From the NCBI GenBank assembly GCA_038231135.1, contig JBBRLX010000014.1, forward strand, positions 1-64,000: a stretch of 64,000 nt of DNA, given 5' to 3'. Origin of the DNA: Candidatus Eiseniibacteriota bacterium (GTDB lineage: Bacteria > Eisenbacteria > RBG-16-71-46). This document shows, one piece after another, positions 10,492 through 20,103 of the stretch (positions are counted from its first letter, which is position 1; each line of letters begins with the position of its first letter). The notes beneath the pieces were generated by a model, which made no database searches, was not told the origin of the DNA, and saw only the letters and a program-made list of their open reading frames with translations. A program made the translations under genes and the position numbers.

Positions 10492-10720
10492 GTGAACGGG
10501 CGATCGGGGTCGTTCAGGCTACCCTATCCGGGCGGGATTGCGCTCATCGCGGCCGCGATGCTGCTCGTGCTGGTCCCGGGCAGCCTGTTCGAGCCGTTGT
10601 TCAGCGACGACTACATCGCACTCGCGCTCGCGAGCATGCTGGCGTTCGCGCACCGGCGGACCGGGTTCGCGTGCGCGGCGCTGGCAGTCGCCCTGCTCAG
10701 CAAGGAGACGGCAGCGAGGC
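10492..10720 (+). pseudogene. Internally deleted relic of a GT-C-like membrane glycosyltransferase
   Basis: TM helix plus FSDDY joined within about 30 aa to ALLSKETA; no stop before it runs antisense into rfbC. Confidence 0.45.
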
Positions 10721-10722
10721 CG

Positions 10723-11253
10723 TCAGGGCTGATAGTCCGCGTGCACCGCGTCCTTGGGCGACAGGATCGGATCCGCGAGCGGCCATTGAATCTTGAACGC
10801 AGGATCGTTCCAGCGCAGGCCGCGCTCCGCATTCGGCGTGTAGAACTCGGTCACGAGGTACAGCACCTCGCTGCGATCGGTGAGCGCCTGGTAGCCGTGG
10901 CCGAACCCCTGCGGCACGTAGAACATCCTGCGGTTCTCGGCGGAGAGCTCGACGCCGAACCACTGGAGATACGTGGTGGATTCCTTGCGCAGATCCACGA
11001 TCACGTCCCAGATGGCCCCGGCGATGCAGCGCACCATCTTGACCTCGGCGTGGGGCGGAAGCTGGTAGTGCAATCCGCGCAGCGTGCCCTTCTCGTGGTT
11101 GTACGACATGTTCGCCTGGGTGATGACGTTCACGAGCCCGTGATCCGCCAGCTCGCGCTGGCAGAACGCACGCGCGAAGAATCCACGTTCGTCCTCACGC
11201 GGTTCGAGCTCGATCACGAATGCGCCCTTGAGTGGCGTTTCGGTGAAGATCAT
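10723..11253 (-). CDS. rfbC: dTDP-4-dehydrorhamnose 3,5-epimerase family protein
   Basis: DERGFFAR, GTLRGLHYQ, VDLR, GFGHGYQAL, WNDP. Confidence 0.92.
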   Translation of the reverse strand: MIFTETPLKGAFVIELEPREDERGFFARAFCQRELADHGLVNVITQANMSYNHEKGTLRGLHYQLPPHAEVKMVRCIAGAIWDVIVDLRKESTTYLQWFGVELSAENRRMFYVPQGFGHGYQALTDRSEVLYLVTEFYTPNAERGLRWNDPAFKIQWPLADPILSPKDAVHADYQP

Positions 11254-11321
11254 GGCAATCCCTCGTCAGTGACCGGAACGGCTGCGCTGCCGGCGCGCGG
11301 CCGCCTCCGTGCGCAGTCGCG

Positions 11322-12356
11322 TCAGGGCAACCACATCAATTGATCGTCCAGCCGGTGTTCCTGGATGAGGTGCAGCAGCTGCTTCAAACGCGTGAATTCG
11401 CGGCCGTCGAAGCGCTCGTAGTCGAGCGCGAACTTGCGGAACGCCTCGTAGAGCTCCACGATGCCCAGCTCCACCGACCATTGCGGCTGAAACTCGGGCA
11501 GCACCCGCCGAATCTTGGCGAAACTCACATTGTAGTTGCGCGCATCCGCCGACACGCCCTCCGCAAACGCCACGGTGCTCGCGGGCACGACCTTCGCGAC
11601 GGACTCCGCGATGTCGCGCACCTGCCAGTTGTCCTCCTCGCGGCCGACATTGAACGCCTGATCGTGAACGCGCTCACGCGGAACCGACAGCGCGGCGATC
11701 ACCGCGCGCGTCATGTCCTGAATATGCACGAGCGGGCGCCACGCGCGGCCGTCGCTCATCAGTGTCACCTTGCCGGTCGTCACCGCCCACGCCACCAGGT
11801 TGTTGACCACCAGGTCGACGCGCAGCCGCGGTGAATAGCCGTAGGCGGTGCCGTTGCGCAGGAACGTGGGGGAGAACCGGTCGTCCGCCATGCGCGACAG
11901 CGCCCGCTCGGTGTCGACCTTGGAGCGCGCGTACGCGGTGAGCGGGTTCATCTCGGACGTCTCGTCGAGCTGGCCGCCGGCGGCGCTCGATCCGTAGATG
12001 CTGCACGAGGACGCGAACACGAACCGGTGAACCCCGGCCTGCTTCGCGAGCTCTGCGAGGCGCACCGACGCCTTGAGATTGATGTCGTCGGTGAGCCTCG
12101 GATTGAGCTCGCCGGTCGGATCGTTCGAGAGCGCGCCGAGGTGCACGATCGCATCGGCGCCGCGCAGATCGTCGGCGGTGAGCTCACGCAGGTCGCGCTG
12201 GACCTGGCGCGCCACGCCGGTGCGGTCGATGGGCCCCAGGATGCAGTCGCGGTAGAAGCCGGTATCGATGCCCCACACCTCGAACTCCCGCTCGCTCAGC
12301 ATCGGCGTCATCACCGTTCCGACGTATCCCAGATTGCCCGTCACCACGACACGCAT
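11322..12356 (-). CDS. NAD-dependent nucleotide-sugar epimerase/dehydratase
   Basis: MRVVVTGNLGYVG, HLGALSNDP, SSCSIYG, YARSK. Confidence 0.9.
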   Translation of the reverse strand: MRVVVTGNLGYVGTVMTPMLSEREFEVWGIDTGFYRDCILGPIDRTGVARQVQRDLRELTADDLRGADAIVHLGALSNDPTGELNPRLTDDINLKASVRLAELAKQAGVHRFVFASSCSIYGSSAAGGQLDETSEMNPLTAYARSKVDTERALSRMADDRFSPTFLRNGTAYGYSPRLRVDLVVNNLVAWAVTTGKVTLMSDGRAWRPLVHIQDMTRAVIAALSVPRERVHDQAFNVGREEDNWQVRDIAESVAKVVPASTVAFAEGVSADARNYNVSFAKIRRVLPEFQPQWSVELGIVELYEAFRKFALDYERFDGREFTRLKQLLHLIQEHRLDDQLMWLP

Positions 12357-12390
12357 GGGGGGTTCCGCTCCTTCGAGATGTGGGTAGGGT

Positions 12391-13677
12391 TCAGCCGAGT
12401 GTCGCGTGGCGGGCGCCCGCGGCGCGCGCCGCCGGCGCGAGCTGCGCATCGGATCCGGTGCGCGGTCCCCGGCGTTCGAGGAGCTCGTCGATCCGGTCCG
12501 CGACGTGACGTGCGAATGGTATCGAGCACGTGAACGCCGGCGACACCGCGTTGAGGACGTGAAACGACCCCGCGTCACCCTCGGTGACGAAATCCATCAC
12601 CAGCGTGCGATGCTTCACGTCCAGCAGCTGTGCGCGGATTCCGGGCTTACCCCACGTGGTCCAGTCCTTCGGCCGCACGCCATCGAGCAGCTCCGAAGCC
12701 TGCGATACGAGATACGGGCGATGGTACTTTCTCATCTCCTCGCGGGCAAGACCGCGGAAGTCGAACCCGGCGCGGAACAACAACCCCAGCGACGCCCCCA
12801 GCACCTCGGCGAGCTCGGAGGCGTGGAAGTTCGAGAGCCACCCGTACTGTTCGCGCCACAGGCACGGGATCGCCGTCGGTCCGATCTTCGCGTGACCGTC
12901 GACCGTGACCGTGAAGTGCACGCCGAGGAACGGATACTTGAGATCCGGCACGGGGTACACATTCGTTCGCAACGAGCCGTCGGGCTCGCTCGAGTACAGA
13001 TACAGCCCCTTGAACGGCAGGATTCGATAGTCGCCCGAGAATCCGTAGTCGCGCGCGACGCGATCGGCATACAGCCCGGCGGTGTTGATCACGTAGCCGG
13101 CGCCGATCGGTCCCGCGCTGGTTTCGACCTCGTCGCCGCGACGGCCGCGATACGCCACGCCGGTGCGTATCGTCACCCCTTCGGCGGTCGCGTCGCGATG
13201 CAGCGCCGCCATGACCGCGGGCGGGTTCACCGTGGTCGTGGTCGGCGACCACAGCGCGCGCTCGAACGTCTTCACGCGCGGCTCGATCCTGCGCGCATCG
13301 GCCGCGGTCACGAGCTCGACGGGCACGCCGTTGGCCGCGGCGCGGCGAGACAGCTCGTCGAGGCTCGCGAGCTCGGTCGCGTCGCGCGCCACCACCAGCT
13401 TGCCGCAGCGGTTCATGGGCAGCCCGCGCTCCTCGCAGTAGGCGTGCATCGCGAGGTTGCCCTCGCGGCAGAAGCGCGCCTTGAGGCTGTCGGCGGTGTA
13501 ATAGAACCCCGCGTGCAGCACGCCGGTGTTGCGGCCGCTCGCATGCCGCCCGAGTTCGGGTTCCTTGTCGATCACGGTGACGCTCGCGCCGGCGTGGCGC
13601 CGCCGCAGCTCGCGCGCGATGCACATGCCGATCACTCCGCCGCCGACGACGAGGAAGTCCGTGGTGGAGGAGCTCAT
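12391..13677 (-). CDS. lhgO: L-2-hydroxyglutarate oxidase family FAD oxidoreductase
   Basis: VVGGGVIG, HASGRNTGVLHAGFYY, PFLGVH, GIRAQ, NAVSPAFT. Confidence 0.85.
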   Translation of the reverse strand: MSSSTTDFLVVGGGVIGMCIARELRRRHAGASVTVIDKEPELGRHASGRNTGVLHAGFYYTADSLKARFCREGNLAMHAYCEERGLPMNRCGKLVVARDATELASLDELSRRAAANGVPVELVTAADARRIEPRVKTFERALWSPTTTTVNPPAVMAALHRDATAEGVTIRTGVAYRGRRGDEVETSAGPIGAGYVINTAGLYADRVARDYGFSGDYRILPFKGLYLYSSEPDGSLRTNVYPVPDLKYPFLGVHFTVTVDGHAKIGPTAIPCLWREQYGWLSNFHASELAEVLGASLGLLFRAGFDFRGLAREEMRKYHRPYLVSQASELLDGVRPKDWTTWGKPGIRAQLLDVKHRTLVMDFVTEGDAGSFHVLNAVSPAFTCSIPFARHVADRIDELLERRGPRTGSDAQLAPAARAAGARHATLG

Positions 13678-13720
13678 GTCCGGCGGAACCCGGGGCCTGA
13701 CGCCCGGTGCGCAAGCGTGC

Positions 13721-14491
13721 TCACGCCCAGACCTTCCACGGTGCGGCGCCGCTCGCCCACAGCCGCTCGAGCTCCTGCTTCTCACGCAGCGTGTCCATCG
13801 GCTGCCAGAATCCGTCGTGCCGGAACGCCACGAGCTGGCCATCGCGTGTCAGGCGTTCCATGGGCGCGCGCTCGAGCGGCTCGTCGTCTCCCTTGATGTA
13901 GTCGAACACCCGGGGTTCGAACACGAAGAACCCGCCGTTCACCCAGCCCTCGGCGCCCGCCGGCTTCTCCTCGAAATGGGTGACCTCGTCGCCGGTGATG
14001 CCGAGCAGTCCGAAGCGCGTCGGGGGCCGCACTCCGGTCACGGTCGCGACCTTGCCGTGACGCTTGTGGAACGCGAGCAGTTCCTTGATCGGGACGTTGC
14101 CGACGCCGTCGCCGTAGGTGGCCATGAACGTCTGGTCGCCGATCCACGGTTGCAGCCGCTTGATGCGGCCGCCCGTCATGGTCTCGGGCCCGGTGTCGAC
14201 CAGATCCACCTTCCATCCCGGCTGGCGGCCATGGTGAACGCGGGTCTTGCCCTGCGCGAGGTCGATCGACAGGTCGTTGTTGATCTCGTAGAAATTCAGG
14301 AAATACTGCTTGATCGCCTCACCCCGGTAGCCGAGCGCGATCACGAACTCGTCGAACCCGTGATGGGCGTAGATATTCATGATGTGCCACAGGATCGGTT
14401 TGCCGCCGATCTCCACCATCGGCTTGGGCCGCAGCGCCGTCTCTTCGGAGAGACGGGTGCCGAGCCCGCCGGCGAGAATCGCGACTTTCAC
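13721..14491 (-). CDS. rfbF: Glucose-1-phosphate cytidylyltransferase
   Basis: ILAGGLGTRLSEET..RPKPMVEIG, TMTGGRIKR, TYGDG, GFWQPMDTLRE. Confidence 0.93.
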   Translation of the reverse strand: MKVAILAGGLGTRLSEETALRPKPMVEIGGKPILWHIMNIYAHHGFDEFVIALGYRGEAIKQYFLNFYEINNDLSIDLAQGKTRVHHGRQPGWKVDLVDTGPETMTGGRIKRLQPWIGDQTFMATYGDGVGNVPIKELLAFHKRHGKVATVTGVRPPTRFGLLGITGDEVTHFEEKPAGAEGWVNGGFFVFEPRVFDYIKGDDEPLERAPMERLTRDGQLVAFRHDGFWQPMDTLREKQELERLWASGAAPWKVWA

Positions 14492-14794
14492 GAGATCACC
14501 TGGATTGTTGAAGGTGGGGAGCACGCGTTGCACGGGGCTTTGGTCAGCCCCCGAGCCGCCACGGGTCTGCCGCAGCGTTCAAATCTACCCGCTCGCACGG
14601 CGCCGCGCGAACGGGCCATCCGGCATGGGAACGCCCTGACCGGTACCGCCCAAAGTCCCATTCCCAGGGCCCGCCTGGGTATCGGCCTCCGGCGGCACGG
14701 CCTTGACCAGACCGTGCAGATTGCAAAGGATGAGGGGTCGTCCGTCCCCGCATGGGGGCGCCGCCCGAACCCCTGGCGCGAATCGGAGCCATCC

Positions 14795-15721
14795 ATGAAG
14801 ATCCTGATCACCGGTGCGACCGGGTTCATCGGTTCGCAGATCGTCCGGGCGCTGCTGGCCCAGGGGCATGAGGTCCGCGCCGTGGCGCGTGCCGGCAGCG
14901 GGCGCGAGCGTCTGGCGGACGTCGAGGGCCGGATCGAGTGGCGCACCGCCGATGTGTTCGGTGACCCGTCGATCGACCGCGCCGCGCTGTGCGCCGGCGT
15001 GGAGCTGTGCATTCACTCGGCGTGGTACGCCATACCCGGCAAGTATCTCGAGGCTCCCGAGAACATCGAGTGTCTCAACGGGACGGTCGCACTACTGAAG
15101 GCGCTGGCCGATGCGTCGGTGAAGCGCGCCGTGTTCGTGGGTACGTGCTTCGAGTACGATTTCGACTACGGCTGGCTGTCGGAGACGACGCCGACCAAGC
15201 CGGCGAGCTTCTACGCGGCGGCCAAGGTCTCGACCCGGCTGCTGTGCGAGCAGACCGCGCGGGCTCGCGGCATCGAGTTCGCATGGGTGCGGCCGTTCTA
15301 CCAGTATGGCCCGCACGAGGACGCCCGCCGGCTTGTCCCGTACGTGATCGACACGCTGCTGCGTGGCGAGGAGGCCGGCCTCACACGCGGGCTCCAGGTG
15401 CGCGACTTCCTCCACGTAGCGGACGTGGGATCGGCGATCGCGGCCGCCGCCACGAGCGACCTCACGGGCCCGGTCAACATCGGCTCGGGCCAGCCGGTGA
15501 CGGTGCGCGAGATCGCCACCACGATCGCCGCCATCCTCGGCATGGAAGACCGCGTCCGGTTTGGCGCGCGCCCCGACAATCCCACCGATCCACCGTTCAT
15601 CTGCGCGAACATTGCGAAGCTGGAGCGGGCGACGGGGTGGGCGCCGAGGTTCGATCTGCGGTCGGGGCTCGCGGACACGATCGCGTCGCGGCGTGCCGCG
15701 GCGCAGCTGCCCCGAACGTAG
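14795..15721 (+). CDS. NAD-dependent epimerase/dehydratase (CDP-sugar reductase-like)
   Basis: GGAG RBS; MKILITGATGFIG, GTCFEY, YAAAK, RDFLHVADV. Confidence 0.88.
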   Translation: MKILITGATGFIGSQIVRALLAQGHEVRAVARAGSGRERLADVEGRIEWRTADVFGDPSIDRAALCAGVELCIHSAWYAIPGKYLEAPENIECLNGTVALLKALADASVKRAVFVGTCFEYDFDYGWLSETTPTKPASFYAAAKVSTRLLCEQTARARGIEFAWVRPFYQYGPHEDARRLVPYVIDTLLRGEEAGLTRGLQVRDFLHVADVGSAIAAAATSDLTGPVNIGSGQPVTVREIATTIAAILGMEDRVRFGARPDNPTDPPFICANIAKLERATGWAPRFDLRSGLADTIASRRAAAQLPRT

Positions 15722-15761
15722 CGGATCGCGGATGGAGCGCGCGGGGAGCGGTTAGACCGCC

Positions 15762-16910
15762 TCACCAGAATTCCCCGACGATCGGCGCGTGATCCGAAGG
15801 CGCCCCCGGGCCGTCCAGTCCCTTCACCGTGAAGCCGTCGCCGCCGTGCCAGCCGCGGCCCGCGAACCAGTCGAGCCGCAGCCCCGCCCGGCCCTCGGCC
15901 CACGTCAGCACCCGGGTGAACGGCGTGCGCAGCGCTGCCGGCACGGCGTTCCACTCGTCGATGCGTTGGAACCGGAGCTGCAGCGTCGGCTCGCGATCGA
16001 CGAACCGGTTCCACTCGAAACCCGCCTCCCGCAGCGCTTCGAACAGCGGCTCCCGCATCGTGCCGCGATCGGGGAACAGCAGCCGGCGGCGCAGCGCGAC
16101 ATCGGGCTCGAACAGCATCGTGCGCGCGCCGGACAGCACGCTCTCCGGGCGTCCGCGGTCGAACGTGTGGGTGTTGAAGTCACCGGCGATGATCACGGGA
16201 CGCGACTCGTCGCCGAGCGCGCGCAGCAGCGTGCGCATCTGCGCGGCGCGATGCTTGCGCGTGCGATGGACTTCGAGGTGCACCGCGACCGCGACGAACG
16301 GGGCGCCCGGGCGTTCGATCGCCGCGATCAGCGCGATGTGACGGCCGTACATGCCCTCGGCCTCGAACTGGAACCGCTCGGGGCTCGGCAGCTCGATCAC
16401 CCGCACGCCGGCGAACGGCCAGCGCGACAGCATCGCGAGGCCATAGAGCGATTCCTCGTTGACCGCTCCCCGGGCGAGCGCGGAGTCCTCGTTGCGGCCG
16501 ATCGTGGTCTCGAGGAACAGCGGCGCCCACGCACCATGGAAGCCGAGGCCCGCGGCCAGCTCCAGGGCCACGTCGTGATTCCCGGAGCGGGCCATGCCGA
16601 GATCGCATTCCTCGAGGAACACGATGTCGGCCTCCGCGAGCGCCGGGTGACCGCGGAGCGCCGCGGCCGCGCGGTCGAAACCATTGCCGTGCTCCACGTT
16701 CCATTGCACGGCGCGCAGCCGGTCCGAATGGGGAGACATGGACGGCGGAGACGCCGGATCACAACGGCGGATCGTGCCGAGCAGGGCGGCGAGACGTGGC
16801 TCGAGCTCTGGCCATTCGGCGCTGGAACGAAGGTCTGCCAGCGTTCGATGGGGTCTGAGCGATCGAACCGCCTGCCGGCAGCACTCGAGGAACAAGGGGT
16901 CACGGGACAT
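15762..16910 (-). CDS. Endonuclease/exonuclease/phosphatase (EEP) family protein
   Basis: QWNVEHG, FLEECD, IIAGDFNT, LDWF, SDHAPI. Confidence 0.85.
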   Translation of the reverse strand: MSRDPLFLECCRQAVRSLRPHRTLADLRSSAEWPELEPRLAALLGTIRRCDPASPPSMSPHSDRLRAVQWNVEHGNGFDRAAAALRGHPALAEADIVFLEECDLGMARSGNHDVALELAAGLGFHGAWAPLFLETTIGRNEDSALARGAVNEESLYGLAMLSRWPFAGVRVIELPSPERFQFEAEGMYGRHIALIAAIERPGAPFVAVAVHLEVHRTRKHRAAQMRTLLRALGDESRPVIIAGDFNTHTFDRGRPESVLSGARTMLFEPDVALRRRLLFPDRGTMREPLFEALREAGFEWNRFVDREPTLQLRFQRIDEWNAVPAALRTPFTRVLTWAEGRAGLRLDWFAGRGWHGGDGFTVKGLDGPGAPSDHAPIVGEFW

Positions 16911-16998
16911 CGATGGCCGAAGGTACCCACCTGGCTCGCGCGCCGGGTCAGCCGCGCGTGAAATCGCACCAACTCTATTTTCGGACTGGGCACGAGGA

Positions 16999-17313
16999 CT
17001 AAGGCTCGATGCGGGCCTCGGACGGCTTCGAACCGCGCGTCGCGAGCCACACCGCCAGCGTCCAGGTCGGGGCCATGTCCACGACCGGCAGCAGCTTGGC
17101 AATGAAGCTCGGCAGGAACATCCAGTGCCAGCCGACCAGCCAGATCATCACCGCGCCGACGACGACGTCCATGGCGTCGTTGATCGGGGAGGCCGCTCCG
17201 CCGATGACCAGCGGGAGCAGCACCCACTGCATGCCGTCGACCGCCAGCGCTATCAACAGCGCGACGTTCTTGCGGGTAAGGTTCTTGTCAGGCGCTCGGT
17301 TTTGCGGCGGCAT
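16999..17313 (-). CDS. Small membrane protein (104 aa)
   Basis: AGGAGG RBS; hydrophobic segments; LLPVVDMAPTWT motif. Confidence 0.7.
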   Translation of the reverse strand: MPPQNRAPDKNLTRKNVALLIALAVDGMQWVLLPLVIGGAASPINDAMDVVVGAVMIWLVGWHWMFLPSFIAKLLPVVDMAPTWTLAVWLATRGSKPSEARIEP

Positions 17314-17398
17314 CCAAACCTCCTAAACTCTGGATTCGACTCCGTACCCCCAAGTTTCCGGGTCGCACCACCTGGCTGTAAAGGAGAATGCGCGCGCG

Positions 17399-18910
17399 AT
17401 GCACCGCCCCACGACCTTTGGAGCGCTCAAGGCCACCGGCTACCGGCCCCGCTCCGTCAAAGACGAAATCCGCTCGAACCTGATCGCGCGGCTCAAGGCC
17501 CGACAGCCGCTGTTCCCGGGTGTGGTCGGCTACGAACACACCGTCGAGCCGCAGATCGTCAACGCCCTGCTGTCGCGTCACGACTTCATCCTGCTCGGCC
17601 TGCGCGGCCAGGCCAAGACGCGCGTGCTGCGCTCGTTGATCCAGTTCCTCGACGAGGCGGTGCCGACGGTCGAAGGCTGCCCGCTCAACAGCGACCCCTA
17701 CCTGCCCCTGTCGCACCACGCGCGCACGCTGCTCGAGACGCGCGGCGACGATGCGCCGATCGTGTGGCTGGGCCGCGAGCAGCGCTACCAGGAGAAGCTG
17801 GCGACCCCCGATGTGACGATCGCTGACCTGATCGGCGACATCGATCCGATCAAGGCCGCGACGCTCCGGCTCGACTATTCCGACGAGCGCGTGATCCATT
17901 ACGGCATCATCCCGCGCACGAATCGCGGCATCTTCGCGATCAACGAGCTGCCCGACCTGCAGCCGCGCATCCAGGTGGGCCTGCTGAACATCCTCGAAGA
18001 GAAGGATTTCCAGATCCGCGGGTTTCCGGTGCGCATGCCGCTCGACGTGATGATGGTGTTCTCGGCGAATCCCGAGGACTACACGAACCGCGGCAACATC
18101 ATCACCCCGCTGCGCGACCGCATCAATTCGCAGATCATCACGCACTATCCGCTGCAGCGCGAACACGGCATGGCGATCACCGCGCAGGAATCGTGGGTCG
18201 ATCGCGCCGCCGGCGTCGAGGTTGTGGTGCCGCCGTTCATGCGCGAGCTGGTCGAGGAGGTCGCGGTGCAGGCGCGCCGCAGCGAGTACGTCGACCAGAA
18301 CTCCGGCGTGTCGGCGCGGCTGCCGATCGCGCTGATCGAGAATCTCGTGTCGAACGCCGAGCGCCGCGGGCTGCTGGCCGGCGAGGCCCGCGTGCTGACG
18401 CGGGTGTGCGACCTGCAGCAGGCGGTGTCCGCGGTCAGCGGCAAGGTGGAGCTGGTGCTCGAAGGCGAACAGGAGGGCGCGCTCAACGTGGCGCGCGCGC
18501 TGCTCGGCCGCGGCATCAAGGCGCTGTTCTCGCAGCGGTTTCCCGACGCCTACAAGCCGCGCCGCACGCGGCGGTCGGCAGGCATCGAGACGTCGGGCGC
18601 CGAGAGCGAGGTCGCGTCGAGCGAGTACCGTCCGGTGCTCGAATGGTTCTCGGCCGGCAACCACATCGAGATCTCGGACGACATGCCGCAGGCGGGTTAT
18701 GCGAAGACGCTCGGCGGCGTGAAGGGCCTGCGCGAGCTCGCGGTGAAGTACCTGGGCCCCGAGGGCCCCGAGGAGACCGCGGTCGCGATGGAGTTCGTGC
18801 TCGAGGGCCTGCACCAGAACTCGATGCTGTCGCGCGAGCGCACCGATGGCACCGGCACGTCGTACAAGGACATGTTGAAGAGCATGCTGTCGGGCATGGG
18901 GGACGACTGA
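17399..18910 (+). CDS. Mg-chelatase-like/MoxR-related AAA+ ATPase
   Basis: AAGGAG upstream; Walker A GLRGQAKT, Walker B variant IFAINE, SANPEDYTNRG, PLRDR. Confidence 0.88.
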   Translation: MHRPTTFGALKATGYRPRSVKDEIRSNLIARLKARQPLFPGVVGYEHTVEPQIVNALLSRHDFILLGLRGQAKTRVLRSLIQFLDEAVPTVEGCPLNSDPYLPLSHHARTLLETRGDDAPIVWLGREQRYQEKLATPDVTIADLIGDIDPIKAATLRLDYSDERVIHYGIIPRTNRGIFAINELPDLQPRIQVGLLNILEEKDFQIRGFPVRMPLDVMMVFSANPEDYTNRGNIITPLRDRINSQIITHYPLQREHGMAITAQESWVDRAAGVEVVVPPFMRELVEEVAVQARRSEYVDQNSGVSARLPIALIENLVSNAERRGLLAGEARVLTRVCDLQQAVSAVSGKVELVLEGEQEGALNVARALLGRGIKALFSQRFPDAYKPRRTRRSAGIETSGAESEVASSEYRPVLEWFSAGNHIEISDDMPQAGYAKTLGGVKGLRELAVKYLGPEGPEETAVAMEFVLEGLHQNSMLSRERTDGTGTSYKDMLKSMLSGMGDD

Positions 18911-19011
18911 GCGGGGGTTTGCCCGGAGCGAACCGGCAGCGCGACGCGGGCGGCGGCGCTGCAGGCGGGACAGGCGTGCGATTCCACATACGGCCGGACG
19001 GGAACTGACCC

Positions 19012-20103
19012 ATGCGCTTCGACTATTCCAAATGGCAGGGTCCCAAGCCCGGCGATTCCGAGTTCCACAAGCAGTTGATGGAGATCTATCGCAATCTGCT
19101 GCTGCAGGCGGGCGGCGATGTCGAAGAAGCGCTCAAGTGGATGGAGCACTTCGGCGAGCAGTACGGGTTCTTCAACGACGCGTTCGGCATCGACGACTTC
19201 AAGAAACTGCTGGAGCAGACCGGCGAGGCCGAGCGTAAGCCGTCCGGTTTCCAGATGACGTCCAAGGGCGAGAAGCGCATCCGCCAGGATTCGCTGAACG
19301 AGATCTTCTCCACGCTCGAAGCCGGCGGCCCCGGCGATCACCGTACCCCGGTCGCGGGCAAGGGCGGCGAGCGGCTGTCGGAGACGCGCTCGTACCAGTT
19401 CGGCGACAACCTCTCGGACTTGGACCCGCTGACCACGATGGGCAACGTGGTGAAGAACCACGGCATCGACGACCTGCAGGTGACCGAGGAGGACCTCGCG
19501 GTCTACGAGAGCGAGCACCTGTCGGCGTGCGCCACGGTGCTGATGGTCGACGTCAGCCACAGCATGATCCTCTATGGCGAGGACCGCATCACGCCGGCCA
19601 AGAAGATCGCGCTCGCGCTCACCCAGCTCATCCAGACCCGCTACCCCAAGGACTCGCTCGACGTGGTGTTGTTCGGCGACGATGCCGCGCAGGTGCCGCT
19701 CCGTGACCTGGTGAAGATCCAGGCCGGTCCCTACCACACGAACACGCGCGCCGGCCTGCAGCTCGCGCGCCGGCTGCTCGAGTCGCACAAGGGCGTGAAC
19801 AAGCAGATCTTCATGATCACCGACGGCAAGCCGTCGGCGATCCGCGAGTACGGCAAGCTCTACAAGAACCCGTTCGGGCTCGATCCCAAGATCGTGAACA
19901 AGACGCTCGAAGAGGCGTCGTTCTGCCGCAAGAAGCGCATCACGATCACCACATTCATGCTCGCCACCGACGTCCCGCTGCTCGAGTTCGTGCGCAAGCT
20001 CACCGCGCTCAATCACGGGCGCATCTACGAGACCGATCCCAACAATCTCGGCGCCTACGTGTTTCGTGATTTCGTCCGGAACCGCAGGAAGCGCCTGCAC
20101 TGA
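19012..20103 (+). CDS. VWA-domain protein
   Basis: MIDAS DVSHSM, TN, MITDGKPS. Confidence 0.88.
   Translation: MRFDYSKWQGPKPGDSEFHKQLMEIYRNLLLQAGGDVEEALKWMEHFGEQYGFFNDAFGIDDFKKLLEQTGEAERKPSGFQMTSKGEKRIRQDSLNEIFSTLEAGGPGDHRTPVAGKGGERLSETRSYQFGDNLSDLDPLTTMGNVVKNHGIDDLQVTEEDLAVYESEHLSACATVLMVDVSHSMILYGEDRITPAKKIALALTQLIQTRYPKDSLDVVLFGDDAAQVPLRDLVKIQAGPYHTNTRAGLQLARRLLESHKGVNKQIFMITDGKPSAIREYGKLYKNPFGLDPKIVNKTLEEASFCRKKRITITTFMLATDVPLLEFVRKLTALNHGRIYETDPNNLGAYVFRDFVRNRRKRLH

Noticed and set aside
13526..14794. Upstream extensions of track ORFs (731-aa epimerase; also 3189..4157, 51748..53232, 47447..48841, 48253..49485)
   Set aside because: Extensions overlap other real genes; family N-termini and RBSs point to internal starts.
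17328..17353. TCTGGATTCGACTCC resembling a tmRNA 5' end or tRNA T-arm
   Set aside because: No GGGGC start or acceptor stem, only a 3-bp stem, and the gap is just 85 nt of divergent promoter.
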